Below are positions 15,670 through 25,085 of a stretch of DNA of 64,000 nucleotides, one piece after another; the first letter of the stretch is position 1, and the number at the start of each line of letters is the position of its first letter. The notes below the pieces were generated by a model that did no database searches, was not told the DNA's origin, and worked only from the letters and a program-made list of their open reading frames with translations. Source of the stretch: Janthinobacterium sp. (GTDB taxonomy: Bacteria; Pseudomonadota; Gammaproteobacteria; Burkholderiales; Chitinibacteraceae); assembly GCA_025360045.1 (NCBI GenBank), contig JANYCY010000087.1:23398-87397 (forward strand), in the 5' to 3' direction. The translations under genes and the position numbers were made by a program.

Positions 15670-18045
15670 TTATTTATCTGCTTTTAAATACGTCCCCAGC
15701 CACTGATCCTGCTCCCACAGCATTTGCATAATGGATTCGCGGGCGCGGTAGCCGTGGCTTTCATTGGGCAGCATCACAAGGCGTGCTCTTGCGCCTAGGC
15801 CTTGCAGGGCTTGGTACATGCGCTCGCTTTGTACGGGGAAGGTGCCGGAGTTGTTATCCATTTCGCCATGAATCAACAATAGCGGATCTTTGATTTGATC
15901 GGCAAAGTTGAATGGCGCCATGGCTTGGTAGACGGGCTTAGCTTCCCAGAAATTGCGGTCTTCGGATTGAAAGCCAAAGGGGGTCAGCGTGCGGTTATAC
16001 GCGCCGGATCGGGCGATGCCTGCTTTAAATAAGCGAGTATGCGCCAGTAGATTAGCGGTCATAAATGCACCGTAGCTGTGGCCACCGACGGCGATTTTAT
16101 TGCGATCGGCCACACCCAGCTTCACCACGGCATCGACGGCGGCCTCGGCATTCATGCTGAGCTGTGGCAGGTAGTTATCGTTAGGCTCGGTTTTTCCTTC
16201 GCCCACAATCGGCATGGCGGGGTTGTCGAGTACGGCATAGCCTCGGGCCAGCATGGCTTGTGGGCCGTTATAGCTGATGCGGTTAAAGCGGTAAGGCGAT
16301 TCGCGCACCTGGCTGGCAAGCTGGGCGTTTTTAAATTCGCGCGGGTAGGCCCACATCAGCATCGGCAGCGGCCCATCTTTTTTAGCGTCGTAGCCTGCGG
16401 GCAGATAGAGCGTGGCATCCAGCATCACCCCATCTTTACGCGGATACTGGATTTTCTGCTTTTGCACGTCTTTAAGCTGTGGCGTGGGATGTGGGAATTG
16501 CGTGAGCGCGCGGCTGCTGCCCGCCAAGTCTCGCAAGTAGAAGTTGGGCCGTTCGGTAGTAGCTTCGCGGCTGCTGATGAAGCGATGCTCATCCAGCATC
16601 GCGACGGGGACTTCATAAAATGGGGCTTGTGATTGCCAGAGGCGTACCGATTTTTTGCTGGCTAATTCATAGCGGTCCAGAAAGGGCCGGTCGCCTTCCG
16701 GGCCAGCGCCTTCACCAATCAGATAAATAGCCTTGCCATCGCTCTTAATGATGTTCTGGCCATAGGCATTTTTTGCCATGACTGGCTCACCCGGGTCGGC
16801 ATAGCGGTCTTCTGATTTGCGGGCGGTGAGCAGCTCAGGCGCTTGCTCTGGGTGATCGGGGCGGATGCGCCAAGTGCGGGTATCGCGCGTTTTCCACCAA
16901 GATTCTTCGACCAGCGCCAGATCGCCACTTCCCCATTGCAGTGATGAGGCACGCCAAGCCAGCTCGATCAGCTTTTGTGGCGGGGCGGTGAAGGGGGCGC
17001 TTTGCTGGAACAGTGCATCGCGTGTTTTTGCTTCTGCCGCTGGGTTGCCGCCATCCTGCGCTTCTAGCCAAGTGAGGGTGGCAGGCAGATCTTTACGCCA
17101 TGCAAAATCACGCGGCTCTTTGGATACGGCATCGTTGCCCGGCGGGATGCGGTCTTGCAGTGGTAAGGCCACGGTTTTAAGCAGCTTGCCCTGCGTATTC
17201 CAAACTTCAACCGCCTGCGGGAAGTAGGAAACCGGCAGCAAATAGGAATAAGGGCGGCGCAGCGAGGTAGTCAGAATTAATTCGCCATCAGGAGACGTGC
17301 TGGCAGCCAGCAGGGTAAGCGGCTGGGCGATTTTTTTGAGCTCGCCTTTAAGGTTTACGGTAGCCAGCTGGCTTTGCAGATGCCAGTCGAGCAGATCGGC
17401 GTCGCTTGGCGTTTTAAGCATATCGGCATAGGTGCGAATCGCGCTTTTACTGCCGGGCTGGCTATCTTGAGTATTGGGGCCGCTAGGGGTGAGCGCCGCT
17501 GTGGGGGCTGCGCCTGTGGGCTTAAGCTGCACCAGCAATTGCTCGCTGGCACTTAGCCAGCTAAAGCCTGCTCCTGCAATGGCGTTGATGGGCTCTTTAA
17601 TCAAAGGCTTGGCGCTGGCTTGGGCGACGTCAATCAGCCATAGCTCAACCCCTGTATCGCCCCAGCGGCTAAAGGCAATCCAGCGCTCATTGGCCGACCA
17701 TGCCGTATCGGCAATCCTTGCTTCCTTAGGCAGGCCACTGATGCTGCGGCTTTGTCCGGTTTTGATATCTAGTAGGCTAGCGCCGTTGGCAAAGTCAAAG
17801 CGGCTTTGGCTACTCATTCTTGGATTGATACGTAGGCCAGCGAGCTTTAACTCGGGCTGGGCCACATCGCTGATGCTGGGCAAACCCGGCAGGCTGAGCA
17901 GCAGGGCGTTGCCATGCTTGGGGCCAAGGCGGAATAAGGGGCCACGTGGTGCGTCGACAATGGCTTGCAATTCGGCTGGCGGGGTTTGATAAGCGGCGAT
18001 GGCGATAGGGCTCATAAGCAGGGACAGAATCAGGATTAGGCGCAT
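15670..18045 (-). CDS. Secreted S9 (prolyl oligopeptidase/acylaminoacyl peptidase family) serine peptidase
   Basis: Signal peptide; beta-propeller region; GGHSYGAF nucleophile elbow, HGEMDNN (Asp) and ESHGY (His). Confidence 0.93.
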   Translation of the reverse strand: MRLILILSLLMSPIAIAAYQTPPAELQAIVDAPRGPLFRLGPKHGNALLLSLPGLPSISDVAQPELKLAGLRINPRMSSQSRFDFANGASLLDIKTGQSRSISGLPKEARIADTAWSANERWIAFSRWGDTGVELWLIDVAQASAKPLIKEPINAIAGAGFSWLSASEQLLVQLKPTGAAPTAALTPSGPNTQDSQPGSKSAIRTYADMLKTPSDADLLDWHLQSQLATVNLKGELKKIAQPLTLLAASTSPDGELILTTSLRRPYSYLLPVSYFPQAVEVWNTQGKLLKTVALPLQDRIPPGNDAVSKEPRDFAWRKDLPATLTWLEAQDGGNPAAEAKTRDALFQQSAPFTAPPQKLIELAWRASSLQWGSGDLALVEESWWKTRDTRTWRIRPDHPEQAPELLTARKSEDRYADPGEPVMAKNAYGQNIIKSDGKAIYLIGEGAGPEGDRPFLDRYELASKKSVRLWQSQAPFYEVPVAMLDEHRFISSREATTERPNFYLRDLAGSSRALTQFPHPTPQLKDVQKQKIQYPRKDGVMLDATLYLPAGYDAKKDGPLPMLMWAYPREFKNAQLASQVRESPYRFNRISYNGPQAMLARGYAVLDNPAMPIVGEGKTEPNDNYLPQLSMNAEAAVDAVVKLGVADRNKIAVGGHSYGAFMTANLLAHTRLFKAGIARSGAYNRTLTPFGFQSEDRNFWEAKPVYQAMAPFNFADQIKDPLLLIHGEMDNNSGTFPVQSERMYQALQGLGARARLVMLPNESHGYRARESIMQMLWEQDQWLGTYLKADK

Positions 18046-18130
18046 AGTGAATGATGGGCTGTGTGGGTGTGTTTCTCCACTTTACCATGATGATTCGTAA
18101 GATTAATGAAATGAATGGTGCTGTAAATAT

Positions 18131-18158
18131 AAAAAAATCCCACCATAGAGGTGGGATT
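18131..18158 (-). terminator. Intrinsic terminator after sspB
   Basis: AATCCCACC/GGTGGGATT stem with an A7 tract (U-tail on the minus strand). Confidence 0.65.
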
Positions 18159-18249
18159 GGATTTACTTCACTGATGTTATGTAGGGCTTTGCGTGAAATA
18201 CGCTCAGTAGTAGATTGAGAAAATCGTCAGCCAGTGATTTTTCAATCAG

Positions 18250-18654
18250 TTACTTCACAATACGTAATTGCGGCTTGCCCGTTGGGCGAGGAGGGGTATC
18301 GCTCGGGGGGCTATCGTCAGGGGTTTCTTCAAGCTCGCTTGGGCCTTCGTACTCAAAGCCCATTCCTTCGCCATTTTCGCGCGAGAAAATAGAAACCACG
18401 CAGCCAATCGGCACCAGAATCTCTCTGGAAACACCGCTAAAGCGCGCTGAAAAGCTGATGTAGTCGTTGCCTAGGCTGAGATTGTGCGTGGCGTTATAGC
18501 TGATATCCAGCACGATCTCGTTGTTTTTAACGTGCTCCATCGGCACTTGCAGCTTGCCCATCACACGCACAACCAAATAAGGCGTGTAGCTATGATCTGA
18601 GCACCATTCATGCAGTGCACGAATGAGGTAAGGCTTGGTGGATACGGTTTGCAT
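18250..18654 (-). CDS. sspB: ClpXP adaptor stringent starvation protein B
   Basis: STKPYLIRALHEWCSD...TPYLVV, IVLDIS, SFSARFSGVSREILVP, C-terminal PQLRIVK XB motif. Confidence 0.97.
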   Translation of the reverse strand: MQTVSTKPYLIRALHEWCSDHSYTPYLVVRVMGKLQVPMEHVKNNEIVLDISYNATHNLSLGNDYISFSARFSGVSREILVPIGCVVSIFSRENGEGMGFEYEGPSELEETPDDSPPSDTPPRPTGKPQLRIVK

Positions 18655-18709
18655 AGACTCTCCGATAAAAAAGCAGGGTGAGCCGTTGCCGTATCACCCC
18701 TTTGAGCTA

Positions 18710-19315
18710 TTACTTACGCATCGCTTTTTCGTTCGCGGTTAGCGAATCAATAAAGGCTTGACGGCTAAACAGACGCTCGCCGTATTTCATAATTGGCGCA
18801 AGTGCCTTAGTCACTTCAATCCCGTAGTGCTCAAAACGCCAGATTAGTGGTGCAATCGCTACGTCTAGCATCGAGAACTCTTCGCCCAGCATGAATTTTT
18901 GCTTAGCAAACAAAGGTGCGATTTGGGTTAGGTTGTCGCGAATGGTGGTGCGCGCCTTTTCCATTTCTTTTTTGGTGGTGCCGCTGGTTTCCAGTGTTTT
19001 TACGTGGATAAACAGCTCGCGTTCGAAGTTAAACAACATCAAACGAGCACGGGCGCGCATCACAGGATCCGCTGGCATTAGCTGCGGGTGTGGGAAACGC
19101 TCATCGATATATTCGTTGATAATGTTAGATTCATACAAAGTTAGATCGCGCTCAACCAACACAGGCACTTCATTGTATGGATTCATCACCGCCAAATCTT
19201 CTGGCTTGCTATGGACATCGACGTCGATGATTTCGAAATCCATGCCCTTTTCAAATAAGACAATACGGCAGCGGTGGCTAAACGGGCAGGATGTACCGGA
19301 ATACAGCTTCATCAT
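18710..19315 (-). CDS. sspA: Stringent starvation protein A (GST fold)
   Basis: MMKLYSGTSCPFSHRCRIVLFEKG, NPYNEVPVLVERDL.LYESNIINEYIDERFPHP. Confidence 0.97.
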   Translation of the reverse strand: MMKLYSGTSCPFSHRCRIVLFEKGMDFEIIDVDVHSKPEDLAVMNPYNEVPVLVERDLTLYESNIINEYIDERFPHPQLMPADPVMRARARLMLFNFERELFIHVKTLETSGTTKKEMEKARTTIRDNLTQIAPLFAKQKFMLGEEFSMLDVAIAPLIWRFEHYGIEVTKALAPIMKYGERLFSRQAFIDSLTANEKAMRK

Positions 19316-19466
19316 GGTGACGGATCTCTGCAAAAGGATATGAATTGCAGCATTCTACGCATTTTGGCGCGTTTAATCCATTAAATGAGGATAAGTTATT
19401 GATTATAATAAATATTTGGTGGTTGTGCTTTTAGAGGGGTGGTTATGTGTTTTTATGTGCGTGAAA

Positions 19467-19504
19467 TTAAAAAAGCGGAAAGGTTGCCCTTTCCGCTTTT
19501 TTAA
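19467..19504. terminator. Intrinsic terminator after petC
   Basis: TTAAAAAAGCGGAAAGG-TTGC-CCTTTCCGCTTTTTTAA. Confidence 0.85.
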
Positions 19505-19516
19505 TCGCTGTTGCGT

Positions 19517-20272
19517 TTAGTGAACATCGCGCCAGTATTCTTTTTTCAGCATATAGCTAATTGGGATCATAAAGAATAAGAGGAATAGCAAGACGCCATA
19601 GCCAATTTGTTCTCGTTTAACCTGACCAGGCTCACCCATATAAACCATATAGTTCACCAAATCGCCAACACGGTGATCGAATTCGGCTTGGTCGAATTCG
19701 CCGTTTTCTGCGGTTTTGGTGAGGCTACCTGATTTAACGAGTTTGAGCGTCTTATGCTCATGCTCGCCTTCTTTTTTAACTTCTAATATTTGCTGCCCTT
19801 GCAGATCCCACAACACGTTCGGCATGCCGACTTTATCAAAAGTCAGATTGTTCCAACCTGTAGGACGAGTTTCGTCGCGATAGAAGCTGCGCAGATAGGT
19901 GTAGAGGTAATCCGCACCGCGTGAGCGTGAGATCACCGACAAATCGGGTGGCGTCGCACCAAACCAAACCTTGGCGTCTTTGGCTTGCATCGACACTTTC
20001 ATCAGGTCACCCACTTTTTCGGTAGGGAACATCAGATTGGCTTTGATCTGGTCTTCGGTCAGGCCGATGTCTTGCAGGCGGTTGTAGCGCATGGCTACCG
20101 CACCGTGACAGGACAAGCAGTAGTTGGCGAAGGTTTGCGCACCCCGTTGCAGGCTTTCAGTATCGCGCAGATTAATCGGCGCTTTATCCAAATGCACATC
20201 GGTATTGGCTTGGCTGCCAAAGCTAACGCTGGCCAAGAGGGCGAACAGCAGTGTATTGAGTGTTTTTTTCAT
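19517..20272 (-). CDS. petC: Cytochrome c1 of the bc1 complex
   Basis: SLQRGAQTFANYCLSCH heme motif, PPDLS, GMPNVL, C-terminal TM. Confidence 0.97.
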   Translation of the reverse strand: MKKTLNTLLFALLASVSFGSQANTDVHLDKAPINLRDTESLQRGAQTFANYCLSCHGAVAMRYNRLQDIGLTEDQIKANLMFPTEKVGDLMKVSMQAKDAKVWFGATPPDLSVISRSRGADYLYTYLRSFYRDETRPTGWNNLTFDKVGMPNVLWDLQGQQILEVKKEGEHEHKTLKLVKSGSLTKTAENGEFDQAEFDHRVGDLVNYMVYMGEPGQVKREQIGYGVLLFLLFFMIPISYMLKKEYWRDVH

Positions 20273-20284
20273 GTCGTCCTCCCC

Positions 20285-21559
20285 TTAGTGCATCGTTACG
20301 CGGTCAGGAACCGGCTTGGTCTTATCAATCTTGGTGTAGTAAGGCATGGCCAAGAAGAAGACAAAGTAAACCACCGACAGTACCTGTGCGATCACCGTAC
20401 GGACGTTGGTCGAAGGCAATGCGCCCAAGATACCAAGGCCAATAAAGGCAACTACAAATAGAGCCAGCATGGTCTTATAAATCGGGCCACGGTAGCGGAT
20501 CGATTTCACTGGCGATTTATCCAGCCAAGGCAAGGCGGCAATAATCATGGTCGCCGCACCCATGGCTAATACACCCCAAACTTGTGTGCCAAGGAAAGAC
20601 GGCACCGCGCGCAAGATGGCATAAAACGGGGTGAAGTACCAAACCGGTGCAATATGCGCAGGGGTTTTTAGTGCATCAGCAGGGTCGAAGTTTGGATGCT
20701 CAAGGAAGTAGCCACCCATTTCTGGGGCAAAGAAAATAATTGCGCTGAATACGGCCAAGAATACCGAAACGCCAAATACATCTTTTACGGTGTAGTAAGG
20801 GTGGAAAGGAATACCGTCGAGTGGAATGCCAGTCTTCGGGTCTTTCTTCTTCTTAATTTCTACGCCGTCAGGGTTGTTCGAGCCCACTTCATGCAGTGCC
20901 ACAATATGTGCAACTACCAATGCCAGAATAACCAGCGGCAGGGCAATCACGTGCAAGGCAAAGAAGCGATTCAGCGTGGCGTCAGACACCACAAAGTCAC
21001 CACGAATCAGCACAGATAAATCTGGGCCAATCACGGGGATAGAGCTGAACAAGTTAACAATAACCTGCGCACCCCAGAATGACATCTGGCCCCAAGGCAG
21101 TAAGTAGCCCAAGAACGCTTCAGCCATCAGGCAGAGGTAAATCATCATGCCGAATACCCAGATCAGCTCACGCGGCTTTTGGTAAGAACCATAAATCAAG
21201 CCACGGAACATGTGCAGGTAAACAACCACGAAGAACATCGATGCGCCAGTGGAGTGCATATAGCGAATCAGCCAGCCACCCGCCACGTCTCGCATGATGT
21301 ATTCGACCGAGGCAAAGGCCACCGAGATATTGGTTCCTGGAATCAAGGAGCCATCTGGCTTGTAGTTCATGGTGAGGAAAATACCGGTGACAATCTGAAT
21401 CACCAATACCAACATCGCCAAAGAGCCAAAGAAGTACCAAAAGTTAAAGTTTTTTGGTGCGTAGTATTCGGAAATGTGTGCTTTCCAAGTCGACGTCAGC
21501 GGGAAACGCTCGTCAACCCAGTTGAGGGCCTGTTGGCCCATCTCTTGTGCTTTGCTCAT
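20285..21559 (-). CDS. petB: Cytochrome b of the bc1 complex
   Basis: IRYMHSTGAS, GYLLPWGQMSFWGA, LNRFFALH, APVWYF (PEWY variant). Confidence 0.98.
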   Translation of the reverse strand: MSKAQEMGQQALNWVDERFPLTSTWKAHISEYYAPKNFNFWYFFGSLAMLVLVIQIVTGIFLTMNYKPDGSLIPGTNISVAFASVEYIMRDVAGGWLIRYMHSTGASMFFVVVYLHMFRGLIYGSYQKPRELIWVFGMMIYLCLMAEAFLGYLLPWGQMSFWGAQVIVNLFSSIPVIGPDLSVLIRGDFVVSDATLNRFFALHVIALPLVILALVVAHIVALHEVGSNNPDGVEIKKKKDPKTGIPLDGIPFHPYYTVKDVFGVSVFLAVFSAIIFFAPEMGGYFLEHPNFDPADALKTPAHIAPVWYFTPFYAILRAVPSFLGTQVWGVLAMGAATMIIAALPWLDKSPVKSIRYRGPIYKTMLALFVVAFIGLGILGALPSTNVRTVIAQVLSVVYFVFFLAMPYYTKIDKTKPVPDRVTMH

Positions 21560-21570
21560 GGGTCAGCCTC

Positions 21571-22155
21571 TTATTTATCGTCGCCAATCAACAACCGCGC
21601 TTCAGTAATATATTTGTGCGGTGGAATGACGAGGTTTTTCGGAGCTGGAACGCCAGAATACACGCGGCCAGCGAGGTCGAATTTGGAACCATGACATGGG
21701 CAATAAAATCCACCTAACCATTCTGGGCCTAAATCGGCAGGAGCCAGATCAGGGCGGAAGGTTGGCGAACAGCCCAAGTGCGTACAGACGCCGAGTGCTA
21801 CCCAGATTTCGGGCTTAATCGAGCGAGCTGCGTTATTACAATAATCTGGCTGCTCGCTGGCTGCTGACGTTGGATCGGTCAGTTTGCTGTCGAGCTTTGG
21901 TAAGTTCGCCAGCATTTCGGGTGTGCGTTTCACAACCCAAACTGGTTTGCCCCGCCATTCGGTGGTTACTTGTTGGCCCAGTTCAAGCTTACTGATATCC
22001 AATTCTACGGGGGCACCCGCAGCCTTGGCTCGCTCGGAAGGGAAAAAACTGGCGATGAAAGGCGTGGCTACACCTGCCCCTGCTACCGCACCGGCGACAC
22101 CCGTGGCGATCAGCAGAAATCGCCGTTTGCTGTTATCTACTTGCTGGTCACTCAT
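21571..22155 (-). CDS. petA: Rieske Fe-S subunit of the bc1 complex
   Basis: Tat-type KRRFL; CTHLGC and CPCHGS boxes. Confidence 0.98.
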   Translation of the reverse strand: MSDQQVDNSKRRFLLIATGVAGAVAGAGVATPFIASFFPSERAKAAGAPVELDISKLELGQQVTTEWRGKPVWVVKRTPEMLANLPKLDSKLTDPTSAASEQPDYCNNAARSIKPEIWVALGVCTHLGCSPTFRPDLAPADLGPEWLGGFYCPCHGSKFDLAGRVYSGVPAPKNLVIPPHKYITEARLLIGDDK

Positions 22156-22259
22156 AACCCAATCCCTGATTGACGGCTAAAACCACCAAATTCTACCTGA
22201 AACGACAGGGGAACTTAAAGCTTTGCGCGTATGTCTTTGATAATCTTTTTTGTCTAAGG

Positions 22260-22724
22260 CTAAGGAGTTGTCTTAGAACGGGCGTAAGTCTGCAATTCTT
22301 CAGCGATTTTGTCGGCGACAGCCGATGTAATTTCGCTGACACTTTCGCGTGAAGTTCCGGGCGAGGTAATTTGCCAAACACGGGCAGAAAGCTGCCAGCC
22401 GCCATCCAATGGGGCCATGACATAGCTCATCCTAGCCTCAGTAGCCTGCGTCACATTAGGAATTTGCATGCTGAATTCTAAACGCTGCGCGGTTCTACGT
22501 TTGAGCTGCATGCCCTTTTGTTTTCGGTAGATCACAATGTCATCAAAAATAGCCCGTGCTGGCCGATCTTTGATCACAATGCTAGGCGCATTCATGCCGG
22601 TATCTTGCGTGTTTACTGGGGTTTGCGTGCTTGTTGTTGATGGGGGTGATACGGGGCCGCTTGGGGTATTTGCACACGCTGCAAGCAGGGTAATCATTCC
22701 GAGTGAGATTAAAAAACGTTTCAT
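22260..22724 (-). CDS. Hypothetical lipoprotein
   Basis: MKRF...LLAA|C lipobox, Pro/Thr linker; TAATG coupling to the nif3 gene. Confidence 0.75.
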   Translation of the reverse strand: MKRFLISLGMITLLAACANTPSGPVSPPSTTSTQTPVNTQDTGMNAPSIVIKDRPARAIFDDIVIYRKQKGMQLKRRTAQRLEFSMQIPNVTQATEARMSYVMAPLDGGWQLSARVWQITSPGTSRESVSEITSAVADKIAEELQTYARSKTTP

Positions 22725-23476
22725 TAGACGGGATTCTCTAGGTCAAGATGAATATGTTCTAGTCCATATTGGCTGGCTAGGTGTTGTCCTAATGCCTCAA
22801 TCCCATAGCGCTCGGTGGCATGGTGGCCTGCAGCGATATAGCTCACCCCCGTTTCTCGTGCCAGATGCGTGACAAACTCGGATGCTTCGCCAGTAATAAA
22901 GCAATCGATCTCTAGATTGGCGGCTTCATGAAAAAAACTTTGCGCGCCACCGGTGCACCAAGCCACACGTTTGATTAATTGATCGCTTGGGCCAATGACG
23001 AGGGGAGTGCGTTGTAATTGCGCATCAATATGGAGTGTAAATTCTGCCAAAGTCTGCGCATTTTCTAGCTCACCAAGCCAGCCTAGCTTTTGATCGCCAA
23101 ATCGAGCGGAGCCAATCAAGCCCAATTTTTGGCCCAGTTGTGCGTTATTGCCTAGGGTGGGATGAGCATCAAGCGGTAAATGATAGGCGAGTAAATTAAC
23201 ATCGTTGGCGAGTAGCTTGGCGATGCGAGCCTTTTTACTACGGGTGATGCAGGCGTTTTCGCCTTTCCAGAAAAAACCATGATGGACGAGTAAGGCATCA
23301 GCATTGAAGTCGATTGCCGCATCGATCAATGCAAGCGAAGCCGTTACGCCAGTTACAATGCGCTGTACGTTTGCTCGTCCTTCAATTTGCAGCCCATTTG
23401 GGCAGTAGTCACGCCAAGTGTCTACGAGCAGCAGTTGTCCGATATAATTTTCTAAATCTTGTCGTGCTATGGGCAT
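22724..23476 (-). CDS. Nif3/YbgI-family dinuclear metal-centre protein
   Basis: DYCPNGLQIEG, VHHG, YHLPLDAH, WCTGG, GHHATE. Confidence 0.95.
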   Translation of the reverse strand: MPIARQDLENYIGQLLLVDTWRDYCPNGLQIEGRANVQRIVTGVTASLALIDAAIDFNADALLVHHGFFWKGENACITRSKKARIAKLLANDVNLLAYHLPLDAHPTLGNNAQLGQKLGLIGSARFGDQKLGWLGELENAQTLAEFTLHIDAQLQRTPLVIGPSDQLIKRVAWCTGGAQSFFHEAANLEIDCFITGEASEFVTHLARETGVSYIAAGHHATERYGIEALGQHLASQYGLEHIHLDLENPV

Positions 23477-23497
23477 ATCAACAGCGCCTTGGAAAAC

Positions 23498-24649
23498 ATG
23501 AAAAAACTTTGGTTAATTTTCGCACAAACTACAACCGCAGGTCTTGCTGTCTGGTTTCTAGTTGTCTTACTCCGCCCCGATTTAGTTCGTCCTCCTTCTG
23601 CGGCTCCTGTGGTAACGGTACTGCAAAACCACCAGGAGGTAGCCTCTGCGCCTGTTGTGGCGTCTTACAGCCCCGCCGCAAAACTTGCGATGCCGTCGGT
23701 AGTAAATATCTACACCGCAAAAGAAGTAAAGACACCACTTCCTCCTCTGTTGAAAGATCCACGCTTTCGGCGTTTTTTGGGGGACCGCTTAGGCGGGGAA
23801 GATCCGCGTGCTTCTAGTTTAGGCTCTGGGGTTATTGTTTCTGATCGTGGCTATATCATCACCAATAATCATGTGGTGGAGTCGGCCGATGAAATAGAGG
23901 TGGCCCTATCTGATGGGCGTACTGCATCAGCTAAATTGATAGGTTCAGATCCTGATACTGATTTGGCGGTGATTAAAATCGAGCTTGATCATTTGCCCGC
24001 CATTACCTTTGCAGATGCAAGCAAGGCGGAGATCGGTGATGTAGTGCTGGCGATTGGTAATCCTTTTGGCGTAGGGCAGACCGTCACCATGGGGATTATC
24101 TCGGCCTTGGGTCGCTCCGAATTAGGCATCAATACCTTTGAAAACTTTATTCAGACCGATGCGCCGATTAATCCGGGTAATTCTGGTGGTGCTTTGATTG
24201 ATACCAAGGGCCATTTAGTGGGGATCAATACGGCGATTTATTCCAAAACAGGTGGATCTTTAGGGATTGGTTTCGCGATTCCTGCGTCAACGATCCGCCA
24301 AATTATGGATGCGCTGATTAAAGACGGCAGCGTCACTCGTGGTTGGCTTGGGGTTGAGATGCAGGAAGTGACCCCTGAATTGGCAGCGTCTTTTCATTTA
24401 GATGAAGCGAAAGGTGCTTTGATTGCTGGCGTCGTTCGTGGTGGGCCTGCTGATAGGGCGGGCCTGAAACCAGGGGACGTCTTGCTTAAAATTGGCGGCG
24501 CTGATGTGCGTAATGCATCGGGCATGTTGAATCTGATTGCGGCGTTTAAGCCGGATGAAGAAGTAGAAATGCAGGTGTTCCGCAAGGGCAAGCCGCTTGC
24601 GCTACCGGTTAAATTAGGTAAAAGGCCTAAGTTTAATCGGCGTGAGTAG
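23498..24649 (+). CDS. HtrA/DegS-like periplasmic serine protease with one PDZ domain
   Basis: TNNHVV, DLAVIK, QTDAPINPGNSGG, C-terminal PDZ; start at MKKLW (23498). Confidence 0.95.
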   Translation: MKKLWLIFAQTTTAGLAVWFLVVLLRPDLVRPPSAAPVVTVLQNHQEVASAPVVASYSPAAKLAMPSVVNIYTAKEVKTPLPPLLKDPRFRRFLGDRLGGEDPRASSLGSGVIVSDRGYIITNNHVVESADEIEVALSDGRTASAKLIGSDPDTDLAVIKIELDHLPAITFADASKAEIGDVVLAIGNPFGVGQTVTMGIISALGRSELGINTFENFIQTDAPINPGNSGGALIDTKGHLVGINTAIYSKTGGSLGIGFAIPASTIRQIMDALIKDGSVTRGWLGVEMQEVTPELAASFHLDEAKGALIAGVVRGGPADRAGLKPGDVLLKIGGADVRNASGMLNLIAAFKPDEEVEMQVFRKGKPLALPVKLGKRPKFNRRE

Positions 24650-24659
24650 GCAGGGGAGA

Positions 24660-25064
24660 GTAGGTTGGGTTAGCAGGTTTATTCGCCTTTTAGGGCGAAT
24701 AAACCTGCGTAACCCAACATTTAGGCCAAGCAAATCAAAAAGATTTTTTTTAGTGCCTTCGGCTCGTTGATTTAGGAGCGGTAGCCACCGCAGGGGCGTT
24801 CTTTTCTTGAACGGCCAAGAAAAGAACCAAAAGAAGGCCGCCCCACGAAACACGAAGGCCCCTCATCTGCGGACAATCGAGCGGCGGCTGCGGAACTCGC
24901 TTCGCTCAAACAGTCCTCGCCGAAACCCCGCCCGCTTGTTCCTCGCTTCGGCGTGTTTCAAGGGGACTCAAAAGCCCCATGCGGAGAGCGTGGTCATTAC
25001 GTTTTTTCGTTGTTTGCTATTTCAAAAGCAAATTGCATAGCGCAATGGAATTCACTCGCCCTAC
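24660..25064. mobile_element. Composite non-autonomous element, copy 1: class-2 GTAG REP + ~320-bp structured core + class-1 REP right arm
   Basis: GTAGGTTGGGTTAGC...CGTAACCCAACA (24660-24719); core 24751-25043 aligns over its length with 53941-54238; ends GGAATTCACTCGCCCTAC. Confidence 0.75.
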
Positions 25065-25085
25065 GACAACCACATACGAATCCCC

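Noticed and set aside
15670-18045. S9 peptidase as a lasso-peptide isopeptidase
   Set aside because: No lasso cyclase, B protein/RRE or lasso-type precursor nearby
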